DNA of 35,286 nt from Deltaproteobacteria bacterium (GTDB taxonomy: Bacteria > Desulfobacterota > DSM-4660 > Desulfatiglandales > B25-G16). The position numbers and the translations under genes were made by a program. Below are positions 17,698 through 26,317 of the stretch, one piece after another; within the stretch, counting starts at the first letter, position 1; every line of letters starts with the position of its first letter. A model generated the notes under the pieces. That model ran no database searches and was not told the DNA's origin. It saw only the letters and a list, made by a program, of their open reading frames with translations. The stretch lies in the NCBI GenBank assembly GCA_020355085.1, contig CP070657.1, positions 1,166,615-1,201,900 on the forward strand, in the 5' to 3' direction.

Positions 17698-18717
17698 ATG
17701 AACTGCACGAAGCAAATGGCCTGCATCATAGTGCTAACGATCAGCGTTCTTACTATGGGTGGCTGTGTGGTCAGCAAAAAGGACTATATGGTGAAGGTGG
17801 AGGAAAGCCAAAGTCTTTCCAGTGAACTGGCAGCCTTGAGGTCCGATCATGAACGGCTGAAGAAAGAAAAAGAGGCCCTTGAAAAACAGGTGGCCGAACT
17901 TCAAACAACCAAGAGCGATCTAGCGGAGGCGAAAAGCGAATTGGAGCTCGAAACCGTTTCTCTTGGAAAGGAGATCGCTATCCTCCGCGAGGATAACCTC
18001 CAACTGGAGGAGATCTTGAAGTCCAAATCGGATACCCTGAGCAAGAACATCGTCGACCTTAGGGGTCATGTGGCGGACCTAAAAAAGGAAAACGCCCTTC
18101 TGAAAGAAAAAAACGAGGATCTGGAAAACAAGACGAGAGCCCTCACCGCGGATAACACCAACCTTCAAGAGCGGATCGCGGCTCTCCAAGAAAAGGCCGA
18201 CGCCATAGAGCGCCAGAGAAAGGAAGAAATTCTGCAGATGAGGGGCACATATGAATCCCTGCTCGAAAACATGAAGTCAGAGATCGACAAAGGCGAGATT
18301 ACCATTACCCAGCTAAATGGAAAGCTCAAGGTGAATATGCTTGACGAAATCCTCTTTGACTCCGGAAAAACTACGATTAAATCCCAGGGGCTTGAGGTGC
18401 TCGAGCGGGTGGGGAAGGTCTTGTTAAATGTGGAGGATAGGGCTATTAGCATTGAGGGCCACACTGACGACGTTCCTATTGGACCTGAGCTTAAAAAGAA
18501 GTATGCCACCAACTGGGAGCTCTCGGCGGCTCGAGCTACCACGGTTGCCAGGTACCTGCAGGAGAAAATCGGTATTGACCCGAAGATTCTCTCGGGTACA
18601 GGTTACGGTGAGTACCAACCAGTAGCTAGTAATGAGACCGAGGAAGGCAGAGCTAAGAACCGGCGCATTGAAATCGTACTCATTCCAAAGGAGATTGTGC
18701 CGGTTTCAAGAAAGTAG
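17698..18717 (+). CDS. OmpA-family lipoprotein with a long coiled-coil region
   Basis: Lipobox 'LTMGGC' after a signal peptide. About 160 aa of heptad-like E/K/L-rich sequence. C-terminal OmpA_C motifs 'FDSGKTTI', 'IEGHTD', 'NWELSAARA' and 'NRRIEIVL'. The ATG at 17698 follows AAGGAGGG. Confidence 0.9.
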   Translation: MNCTKQMACIIVLTISVLTMGGCVVSKKDYMVKVEESQSLSSELAALRSDHERLKKEKEALEKQVAELQTTKSDLAEAKSELELETVSLGKEIAILREDNLQLEEILKSKSDTLSKNIVDLRGHVADLKKENALLKEKNEDLENKTRALTADNTNLQERIAALQEKADAIERQRKEEILQMRGTYESLLENMKSEIDKGEITITQLNGKLKVNMLDEILFDSGKTTIKSQGLEVLERVGKVLLNVEDRAISIEGHTDDVPIGPELKKKYATNWELSAARATTVARYLQEKIGIDPKILSGTGYGEYQPVASNETEEGRAKNRRIEIVLIPKEIVPVSRK

Positions 18718-18758
18718 GGAAATTGCATGAAAGCGCTGAAAGAAGTTGAGAACACCCG

Positions 18759-19559
18759 ATGTTGTATGGAGCCATGAATTTTCCCGTCAGACCTGTCCTT
18801 GACGAGCTCGCGGTACTCTCGGACTTGGGATTTGACTACTTGGAGCTTGCTATGGATCCACCGCAAGCACACTATCGCGTCATCCGTGAAAAAAAGGCGG
18901 AGTTACTGAAGGCCTTGGACCGCCACAATATGCACTTAGTCTGCCACCTACCGACTTTCGTGTCCACCGCCGACCTCACCGATCGGCTGAGAGACGCATC
19001 CTTGGCCGAGGTACTCGATTCTCTTGACACTGCTGCTGAACTGAAACCGCTTAAGGTCGTGGTTCATCCAAGCACGGTAAGGGGCCTGAGCGTGTTTGTG
19101 ATGGAACAGGTGAAGGAATACCTCCTCAAGAGCCTGGAGCTTGTCGTGGAGAAGGCCGATCACCTTGGGCTTTGCCTTTGCATTGAGAATATGTTCCCTC
19201 AATACTACAGCCTTGTAAATGCGGAGGACTTCGTTGAGGTCTTCGAGAGATTCCCAACACTTAGGCTGACTCTGGACACGGGGCATGGACAGATAGGAAG
19301 CGCCGGCAGAAGGAGAACAGTTGAATTTATAGAACGCTTTGCCGACCGGATCTACCATGTCCACGCGAGCGACAATCTCGGCAAGGCCGATGACCACCTG
19401 CCTATCGGAGCCGGGGTCATCGATTTTGAAGAGGTGGTCGAGGCACTGAAGGCAAGCGGATATGACAAAACCGTAACCTTTGAAGTATTCTCACGAGACA
19501 GGGACTATCTGAGGCTCAGCAGGGACAAGTTTTCCGAAATGATGAAGGAGCAAGCATGA
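18759..19559 (+). CDS. Sugar phosphate isomerase/epimerase (xylose isomerase-like TIM barrel)
   Basis: 'GFDYLELAMD', 'VVHPS', 'IENMF', 'LDTGH' and 'HVHASDN' motifs. Confidence 0.8.
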   Translation: MLYGAMNFPVRPVLDELAVLSDLGFDYLELAMDPPQAHYRVIREKKAELLKALDRHNMHLVCHLPTFVSTADLTDRLRDASLAEVLDSLDTAAELKPLKVVVHPSTVRGLSVFVMEQVKEYLLKSLELVVEKADHLGLCLCIENMFPQYYSLVNAEDFVEVFERFPTLRLTLDTGHGQIGSAGRRRTVEFIERFADRIYHVHASDNLGKADDHLPIGAGVIDFEEVVEALKASGYDKTVTFEVFSRDRDYLRLSRDKFSEMMKEQA

Positions 19560-19942
19560 AAGTGCATCATGTCGCCGTTGTATGCAGATCTCAGGAAAAC
19601 GCAGACCGGTTCTACCGTAAGATTCTCGGATTAGCCAAGATCAAAGCCTCTTTGCTGAGCGAGGATCTTGCGGAAGCAATATTTCATGTAGCCCAGAGAT
19701 GTACCGTAATCACCTATGGAAACGATAACATGCTGATTGAGGTGTTTGTGCCCGAAACGCCTGCGGAAAACAGGCCCCCTTTTTTACACCTCTGTCTCGA
19801 GGTGGAAAACAGAGAGGAGTTTATTCGAAAGTGCCGGGATATGGCCCTTACGGTAAACCGAATAAAAAAGGGAGATTCCCTGCTTCTGTTCGTTGCCGAT
19901 TACGATGGGAATCTCTTTGAGATTAAGGAAAGGGCTGGATGA
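19556..19942 (+). CDS. VOC/glyoxalase-family protein
   Basis: 'KVHHVAVVCRSQENADRFYRKILGL' is a typical glyoxalase-fold N-terminus, with 'DGNLFEI' at the C-terminus. ATGA overlap with the upstream gene. Confidence 0.75.
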   Translation: MKVHHVAVVCRSQENADRFYRKILGLAKIKASLLSEDLAEAIFHVAQRCTVITYGNDNMLIEVFVPETPAENRPPFLHLCLEVENREEFIRKCRDMALTVNRIKKGDSLLLFVADYDGNLFEIKERAG

Positions 19943-20081
19943 ATTCCCGAGCCTTAGGCTTGCCAGGCTTTCTGCTAAGCCGATGTGCCTGCTGGCTGAT
20001 CATCTTGGAAAGCCTGCCTTCCTGCGTAATCTCGCGCACCAGTAATACATATCCGTGAAATGAAGACACGAGAAAAGGTAC

Positions 20082-20291
20082 ATGGGGTTCATACGGCAAC
20101 AGGAAGAGCGCTTGGCTATCCGCTTATTGGTGTGGCAGTATAAGAGGGAGAACCTTGTTGTCCCGCCCCCCGAAAGGCTTCGAGATCAAGCGGCTACCAT
20201 CGTTGAAGAGGCCCATCGTATTGCCCGGGAAACGGGCGGCAACGTTATTGCTATAGTCAAAGAGATGATTGCGGACCTGAAAAAGAAATAG
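20082..20291 (+). CDS. Small hypothetical protein (69 aa)
   Basis: ORF with a weak GAAAAGG RBS and helical-looking sequence. No recognisable motif. Confidence 0.35.
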   Translation: MGFIRQQEERLAIRLLVWQYKRENLVVPPPERLRDQAATIVEEAHRIARETGGNVIAIVKEMIADLKKK

Positions 20292-20464
20292 GATATTAGT
20301 GCCATATTCGGGTACGTGCCCGTTAGGCTAAACAGGGGAGATATCCTGTTTGAGTTCTGAACTCCAGGGGAAACCAGATCCGGTGGGCCAGCAAAGGGAG
20401 GTCATATGAAGAAAAAAGGGATTCTAGCGTGCTATGATTTGCACTTGAAACAACGCAGAATACA

Positions 20465-20493
20465 TTGACAATACTGGCAAAAAACCGTATTGT
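20465..20493 (+). promoter_or_regulatory. Sigma70-like promoter (TTGACA-N17-TATTGT)
   Basis: Perfect -35 hexamer with ideal spacing, about 50 nt upstream of the FmdB-type gene. Confidence 0.4.
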
Positions 20494-20542
20494 TCATTAA
20501 GGTATAACATTGATGAGTCTCATCTGTTAGGAGAGGTTTCCC

Positions 20543-20707
20543 ATGCCCATATATGAGTTCATGTGTGAAAAGTGCAATAAGCCGTTCACCGTGGCAATTC
20601 CGGTTTCCGAATACGGCAAGAAGAAATTCAGGTGCCCCCAATGTAAGAGCACGAGGGTGAAACAGCAGATTACCGCCTTTCAAACCATAACCTCCAAGAA
20701 AAGCTGA
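20543..20707 (+). CDS. FmdB-family zinc-ribbon protein (54 aa; absent from the ORF track)
   Basis: My own translation is 'MPIYEFMCEKCNKPFTVAIPVSEYGKKKFRCPQCKSTRVKQQITAFQTITSKKS'. The MPIYEY-C..C...C..C pattern is the FmdB/CxxC_CxxC_SSSS signature. There is an AGGAGAGG RBS. Confidence 0.75.
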   Translation: MPIYEFMCEKCNKPFTVAIPVSEYGKKKFRCPQCKSTRVKQQITAFQTITSKKS

Positions 20708-20715
20708 AAACACGC

Positions 20716-20754
20716 GCATGAGATTCCCTCCAGTAATACGGCTGGAGCTCATGC
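20716..20754 (+). other. 13-bp interrupted hairpin immediately 3' of the FmdB-type gene
   Basis: GCATGAG(attcc)CTCCAG-taatacgg-CTGGAGCTCATGC. No U-tract follows. The interior ATTCCCT can alternatively pair with AGGGAAT at 20755-20761. Confidence 0.3.
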
Positions 20755-20948
20755 AGGGAATCGCAGCTTGAGCCTTGCCTTCTGATTCCCTTTGCTTGAA
20801 CCCAACCAATCACGATGAAATTACACCTTCTAGCACCATACGGCTGTGCTTTTGCCGGGGTCACAGGGGCAGCTGACGCAATCCTCTGTAAGTCCGCTTT
20901 ACAGTCACGATTCGGGCCCCTGAAGATCCAAATAGTGAATTGCACGTC

Positions 20949-21557
20949 ATGAGCGGCAACCTTCTCAAGATACAACGAGCTTATCTGAAGGAGCTATACG
21001 ATCACCTGCCCCAAGAGATGGAGCAAATGCTCCCGGCCTCCCGGGAAAATGATATCTTCTCATTCAGGGCGTTTGGGGAGTGCTGTGAGATCCGGCCCGA
21101 TGGTATAACACTGGCCGGCGAAGTGATTACCGGACCAGAAGGTATTCTCATAGCGCTTTATGCGAGAAATGCGCGTAAGGAACCGGCTCAACTTGAGCCC
21201 TTCAAATCCTTTCGGGACTTGAAGGGGAGTATGCCGTACCAAGGCGCCTTTGCCCTTCGCGCCGAGAGCAGCCTAGTTCCTTACGTTAAGCATATACAGC
21301 AATCCAAGAAAAGAGTGATTGAATCGTTCGACGGTCATGAGAACGGGGGGTTGGGAGGCGATTTTTCATGTATCCTTTTCCCCTTACCTAAGATACCGCT
21401 CTGCTATGTATTCTACGCCTCAAATGAGGAATTCCCAGCAACGGTCACCTGTCTTTTTGGGGCCAATGCGGAGGCATTCATGCCTGTTGACGGTCTTGCT
21501 GATGTGGCAGAGCACACGGCCACCAAGATAATAAAGCTGATAACTTCTGAAAGGTGA
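20949..21557 (+). CDS. DUF3786 domain protein
   Basis: 'FKSFRDLKGSMPYQGAF' and 'PLPKIPLCYVFYASNEEFPATVTCLFGANAEAFMPVDGLADV' match my recollection of DUF3786 conserved blocks. Confidence 0.65.
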   Translation: MSGNLLKIQRAYLKELYDHLPQEMEQMLPASRENDIFSFRAFGECCEIRPDGITLAGEVITGPEGILIALYARNARKEPAQLEPFKSFRDLKGSMPYQGAFALRAESSLVPYVKHIQQSKKRVIESFDGHENGGLGGDFSCILFPLPKIPLCYVFYASNEEFPATVTCLFGANAEAFMPVDGLADVAEHTATKIIKLITSER

Positions 21558-21689
21558 AGGAACGAAGACCAAACCCGGAGGAGAGTGAGCCATTCGATCA
21601 GGACCAAAGAATGGTACAACAGTGACAGGTAGTTTTGCTGGCTCGGGCAAGAGGTCTTTTAAAGTCTTTGAAGTGTTTGGAGATAGCTG

Positions 21690-22730
21690 ATGAAGATCAT
21701 TGATCTCAGGAGTGACACCGTTACCTTGCCGACGCCTTCGATGCGAGAGGCGATATACCATGCCGAGTTGGGCGATGACGTATACGGAGAGGATCCGACT
21801 ACGAACCACCTGCAGGAAATCGCAGCAGAGCGAGTGGGAATGGAATCAGCCCTTCTCGTTTCCAGTGGGACCATGGGTAACCTGGTATGCACGCTCACTC
21901 ACTGCGCCAGAGGAGAAGAGGTGGTGCTGGGCGATCAGTCACATATGTTTCTCTACGAGGCCGGCGGCATGTCCGCCCTCGGCGGTATATTCCCCCATAC
22001 TATCCCAAACCAGGCTGACGGTACAATGGACCTAGGGGAGATAGAGGCTGCTATACGCGGTGACAATATTCATTTTCCGCGGACCCGACTTATATGCGTT
22101 GAGAATACCCATAACCGATGCAACGGCTCACCGTTGTTACCGGAATATATTGATTCGGTAGCGATACTCGCCAAACGCCATGGCGTCCGGGTGCATATGG
22201 ATGGTGCTCGAATATTCAACGCAAGTATTGCCCTCGGTGTAGAGGTTAGTGAATTCACAAAAAACGTTGATTCCATCATCTTCTGTTTGTCAAAAGCGCT
22301 TTCGGCTCCTGTGGGTTCGGTAATTTGCGGTTCGCGAGAATTCATCGCCGAAGCGATCAGAACCCGCAAGGTATTAGGAGGGGGCATGCGCCAGACCGGT
22401 GTCATCGCTGCACCAGGGATTACAGCCCTGAATGAGATGGTGGACCGGCTGGCAGAGGACCATGCGAATGCCCGTCACCTGGCGGAGGGAATCGCCGAAA
22501 TCCCTGGACTATCCATTGATGTAGAGAGGATCAAGACGAACATCCTGTTCTTTGATTTCATCGCGGACCAACCTACGCCTAAGGAATTCATGGAAGGACT
22601 TGACGAAAGGGGAATCAAGTGTTCACATCCGGGGCCATCCCGTTTTCGAATGGTCACCCATTACGGTATCGATTCAGAAGACATTCACAGAACGCTGGAG
22701 TGCGTACGAGAGGTAATGGGTGCCGGCTAA
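21690..22730 (+). CDS. ltaE: Low-specificity L-threonine aldolase
   Basis: 'IDLRSDTVTLPT..MREA', 'LGDDVYGEDPT', 'SGTMGN' and 'CLSKALSAPVGS' (PLP Lys) are typical beta-eliminating lyase/threonine aldolase motifs. Confidence 0.88.
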   Translation: MKIIDLRSDTVTLPTPSMREAIYHAELGDDVYGEDPTTNHLQEIAAERVGMESALLVSSGTMGNLVCTLTHCARGEEVVLGDQSHMFLYEAGGMSALGGIFPHTIPNQADGTMDLGEIEAAIRGDNIHFPRTRLICVENTHNRCNGSPLLPEYIDSVAILAKRHGVRVHMDGARIFNASIALGVEVSEFTKNVDSIIFCLSKALSAPVGSVICGSREFIAEAIRTRKVLGGGMRQTGVIAAPGITALNEMVDRLAEDHANARHLAEGIAEIPGLSIDVERIKTNILFFDFIADQPTPKEFMEGLDERGIKCSHPGPSRFRMVTHYGIDSEDIHRTLECVREVMGAG

Positions 22731-23027
22731 AAGCATTTTTTATCGGCCTCAAACCGACGAGTTGAGAAAGAACATATTTTATTACGCGAGGCGAAGTTGA
22801 GTTGGTTTCGTGTAACGTTGTACGGTTGCGCCGCTGGTTACGTATGACGTTGACCGTTAACGCTTTCGAGCTGCCCAACCGCAACCGTTCTACTATGCGA
22901 AGTATCCCTCGGGCCGTTGTGCGATTATAAAAACCTGACAGAAATTTTAAGATCTTACTTTATATAGACGGCTACTGGTAGAGGGAAAGCTTTGACCACC
23001 CTTGATCCGAGAGGAGGTGAATGAAAA

Positions 23028-24449
23028 ATGACCCAAATCAAAGATGATCTGACGATTGAAGAACTTCGGAAGGTTATGAGTTACCTGAAGGACGGTGACC
23101 GTCATCAAGAAAACGTGGCTGATGCTGTTCATACGCTTCTGCAGAGACCTGAAAACGTATTCTATAGGGATTTGGGACACGGTAGGGGCTTGTGGATTGC
23201 CAGGAATAACACAATCATATGCCCCAGGACTCCGAAACCAACGGCCTGGTATCTCGGTGGCTGCAGGTGGAAAGAGTATAATAGCGAGAGTGACGCAGAA
23301 GCAGACGTGAGAAACCTTGCCAAAGGCATGAGCTACAAATGGGCGGTACTTAACCTGATGTATTCGATGATGGCACTGGAAGGCAGAGCGGAAATAGAGG
23401 AGGTGAGAGCAACCAGGATTGGCGGAGGGAAATCCGTCATCTTCGAGCCACATCGCAATACGCAAAACTTCTCTCGAGCTGGCCAGCCGTTGTCTGATTT
23501 GGAAAAGGCAGTATTGCGAGATAAGGTTGTGCCAGTGATTCTTGGGCTTGTTCAATACATATTCGCGCCGGACATGGGAACCCGCACAGATCATGTGTGC
23601 TTCGTAGGAGAATATGCCCCTAAAAATGCTGTCTGTTTATCCTTGGAAAATGGGGGGTCCGGCGACCCTTCCTTGATTACCGCTCGAGGTGTGTATGAGT
23701 CAATGCTAGAATCCGTCAGCTACCAGCTAGACAGGGACGATCTCAATGGCCTGACCATCGCTATGCAAGGCGTCGGCAAGGTCGGTTCGCCGCTCATGGA
23801 ATACATTGTTCACGATTCCCCCGGCGTAGAGTTTATCCTCGCCGATGTCGATAAGACTAAAATTGAAGAAAAGCTAGGCGCTCTGCGGGCCAAGGGTATA
23901 AAGGGACGACAGATTGAACCGAATGAGATCTATGACCAGCAGTTCGATGTCTTCAGCCCCAATGCCATGGGACAAATCGTCAACCCTTCTACAGTCAGGA
24001 GGATGATTAAGGCAAACCCCAAGAAAAAGCTCCTTATCGTTGGGGGTGCTAATAACCAAATAGACGACAGGCACAGGGGAAGCAAGAAAGAGGTGGAAGG
24101 GTTACTGAAGCAGTCCGATATACTCTATGCCCCCGACTTCGTGGTAAATCTTGGCGGGATACTGAACTTGATATACGAGTTCCCAACGGTGAAAGCCGTG
24201 TTCGGGGGAACGTACAACCCTCAGAGACCTTTAGAGGTTATCTCCGGCGTAAGGCCAATTCTGAAGGAGATATACGACCGGAGTAGGAAATTGCGTCTGT
24301 CTACACAGGGAATCGCCGATCGGCTCGCTGAGGAACAAATCGCACGATGGGCACTCTATTACGGATTTGGCCCCGATGACCTGATGGAAAGGAACTACCT
24401 GGTTGATTTATTGCCGACGAATTCCGGGAATACTGTTCCAATCGCTTGA
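23028..24449 (+). CDS. Divergent Glu/Leu/Phe/Val dehydrogenase-family protein
   Basis: 'GGCRWKEY', 'AKGMSYKWA' and 'GGGKSVIF' (catalytic Lys), 'APDMGT', Rossmann 'MQGVGKVG', 'VGGANNQ' and 'APDFVVNLGG'. There is an N-terminal extension of about 50 aa and an insertion of about 17 aa before GGGK. GAGGAGGTG RBS. Confidence 0.75.
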   Translation: MTQIKDDLTIEELRKVMSYLKDGDRHQENVADAVHTLLQRPENVFYRDLGHGRGLWIARNNTIICPRTPKPTAWYLGGCRWKEYNSESDAEADVRNLAKGMSYKWAVLNLMYSMMALEGRAEIEEVRATRIGGGKSVIFEPHRNTQNFSRAGQPLSDLEKAVLRDKVVPVILGLVQYIFAPDMGTRTDHVCFVGEYAPKNAVCLSLENGGSGDPSLITARGVYESMLESVSYQLDRDDLNGLTIAMQGVGKVGSPLMEYIVHDSPGVEFILADVDKTKIEEKLGALRAKGIKGRQIEPNEIYDQQFDVFSPNAMGQIVNPSTVRRMIKANPKKKLLIVGGANNQIDDRHRGSKKEVEGLLKQSDILYAPDFVVNLGGILNLIYEFPTVKAVFGGTYNPQRPLEVISGVRPILKEIYDRSRKLRLSTQGIADRLAEEQIARWALYYGFGPDDLMERNYLVDLLPTNSGNTVPIA

Positions 24450-24664
24450 TTCCGGTTGAGTCCGGTTCATGTCCTTGCTCGAGTGCAACTAAGAGAAGGG
24501 CAGAGGACACATGGTTGACAGATAGAGCGATGAGCGGTCTCAGATGACCATAGGTGATTCTTATACTGGTTTTGAGATCTTGGGAAGCTCCACTCGCATG
24601 GGGGAGGAGCCTCGCAATCGGAAGATCTCGTATATCACGGGAAGGGATGCCGCCGCTCAGAGGC

Positions 24665-25429
24665 TCATACATCAGCCCGTTCCCGATCCAAAAGAGCAAA
24701 GAACTCCTGCCACGTAGAGACTCTCGGCACTTCACTGTCAGGATCTTGAACATTGCTCGATTTCATGCCCGGCGCTGACGCTATATTATGGTCACGGACA
24801 TAGGTAAACCAAACAGGCTGTATCCCTGCCTGCTCAGCGCCCAGGATATCCGGCTCCGGATCGTCTCCCACATAGAGAACCTGGCTTCCATTTACCTCAA
24901 AACACTCGATGAGCCGACGAAAGACCAGCGGATGCGGTTTGCGGTATCCTAGCTCGCCGGATATGAGCACCACATCAAAGAAAGCGGTGAGCCCTACCCG
25001 ATCGACGATCTTTCTCGCAGCAGGACCGTGGGTGAAATTAGAAAGCAACCCAAGACGATAGCGGGCTTTTAGGGTTTCGAGCATCTCCGCAGTGCCGGGT
25101 ATAAGGTGGCAGTGCTCAAGAAAAGCCGAAAAATAAGCATCAACGCCTACGGCTATGCTCGGATCATCTGGCGGGACATGGTATCCCAAGCTCTGAAGGG
25201 CGGCGCTGATCCAAAAGCGGTTGTGCGTTTCTCTTCCATCTTGGCGGGCTTCTTCCACAAATCTGAGGGCAGCCTCCCGGTAGGCCTGGCTGAATGCAGC
25301 GTTATCAAAGGCGAAGCCGCTTTTCAAGAGACTGCGCATTAGCCGATAAAGGCCCTTCTCCAGTGCCGGAGCATCCACGGTGATGAGGGTGTTGAAGAGA
25401 TCAAACCCTATGCCTGTAATCTGCTTCAT
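24665..25429 (-). CDS. HAD-superfamily hydrolase
   Basis: Motif I 'GFDLFNTL', motif II 'LLSNF' and motif IV 'YVGDDPEPDILGAEQAG'. The ATG at 25429 (MKQITG) is preferred over the longer ORF-track start at 25540. Confidence 0.85.
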   Translation of the reverse strand: MKQITGIGFDLFNTLITVDAPALEKGLYRLMRSLLKSGFAFDNAAFSQAYREAALRFVEEARQDGRETHNRFWISAALQSLGYHVPPDDPSIAVGVDAYFSAFLEHCHLIPGTAEMLETLKARYRLGLLSNFTHGPAARKIVDRVGLTAFFDVVLISGELGYRKPHPLVFRRLIECFEVNGSQVLYVGDDPEPDILGAEQAGIQPVWFTYVRDHNIASAPGMKSSNVQDPDSEVPRVSTWQEFFALLDRERADV

Positions 25430-25772
25430 GACGCTTGTACTTAACCGAATTGTGAGTGAAATGCAAGTCATCAAAGATCGAACAATCGTGTAATTGGGCA
25501 CTTCGAAAATTACTGAGAACAAATGCGCCGTGCCCTCCAACCTGCAGAAATAGCAAACGCGGGCTCAGGTTGTATTCGGCGTTGGTGTGGAGCAGGGTTT
25601 TTTATTCAACGGCTGAGTCTTTTCTCTTGAACTCCACACTACACCTTGAGTATCGTAAAGATCAAACGAACGGCGATTCCCGCCAGGAATCTTTCACAAC
25701 CAGGGGCAGGAGGAGGGTATGCCGAGAAGTCTGCAGGCTTTAGGACAAACGGCCAAAGAATAGGGGGTAACT

Positions 25773-26186
25773 ATGGCAATAAAGCATTTATTGAGCATCT
25801 TAACACTATCAGCAGTGGTCCTGCTCTGGGTCTTCACCGCTACAGCAGCGACTTCGGATGATGTGCCCCGAATGAGTGCTCAGGAACTGAAGGGGCTGCT
25901 CGGCTCTGCTGACGTCATCATTCTGGATGTGCGCACAAGCAGAGACTTGGAAAGCAGCACATCTACCATCAAGGGGGCAATCAGGGCAGACCCGCAGGCG
26001 TTTGACACATGGGCAGATACCTACCCGAAAGACAAGACACTTGTCTTGTTCTGTGCCTGAACCAACGAAGGCACCAGTGCCAGGCTGGCACGGAAACTAA
26101 TGGACAGAGGTTTTTCAAAAGTCTATGCCCTGAAGGGAGGTTGGCGCGAATGGTCTGAGGCCGGGTATCCAATTCAAGGAAAGTGA
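25773..26186 (+). CDS. Exported single-domain rhodanese with an in-frame TGA (26058-26060) at the catalytic position: candidate selenoprotein or pseudogene
   Basis: Signal peptide 'MAIKHLLSILTLSAVVLLWVFTATAA'. The rhodanese N-terminal half ends '..KTLVLFCA' at the TGA. The same frame continues 'TNEGTSARLARKLMDRGFSKVYALKGGWREWSEAGYPIQGK' to a TGA at 26184-26186. The ORF track reports only 25773-26060. Confidence 0.65.
26074..26093 (+). promoter_or_regulatory. bSECIS-like hairpin 14 nt downstream of the in-frame UGA
   Basis: CC(A)GTGCC-AGGCT-GGCACGG gives 7 bp with a bulged A and a G-containing apical loop. Its position relative to the UGA fits bacterial SECIS geometry. Confidence 0.4.
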
Positions 26187-26259
26187 TTGTATCCTGTGTT
26201 TCTTCTCGTGCTGCAAGTTGCGCGCTCCTTGGAGCCTTTCCGGTTATCTCTCATACCTC

Positions 26260-26300
26260 TTTACTGGGCAAAATAAGTGATTATATACAGTTTATCACTT
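26260..26300 (+). promoter_or_regulatory. Promoter (TTTACT-N16-TATATA) overlapped by a 7-N12-7 palindrome AAGTGAT..ATCACTT
   Basis: The palindrome at 26275-26300 spans the -10 hexamer directly upstream of iscU, making it a candidate repressor operator (Rrf2/IscR-type is only a guess). Confidence 0.35.
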
Positions 26301-26317
26301 AAATGGAGGCGACGGTT

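Noticed and set aside
22947-23594. 215-aa ORF antisense to the 5' part of the amino-acid dehydrogenase gene
   Set aside because: It has no recognisable motifs or RBS, and the plus-strand frame carries clear family motifs. I judged it a chance open frame.
24301-24753. 150-aa minus-strand ORF spanning the convergent gap between the dehydrogenase and HAD genes
   Set aside because: It overlaps the 3' ends of both well-supported genes. The sequence is Ser/Arg/Pro-rich and low in complexity, and I saw no start context.
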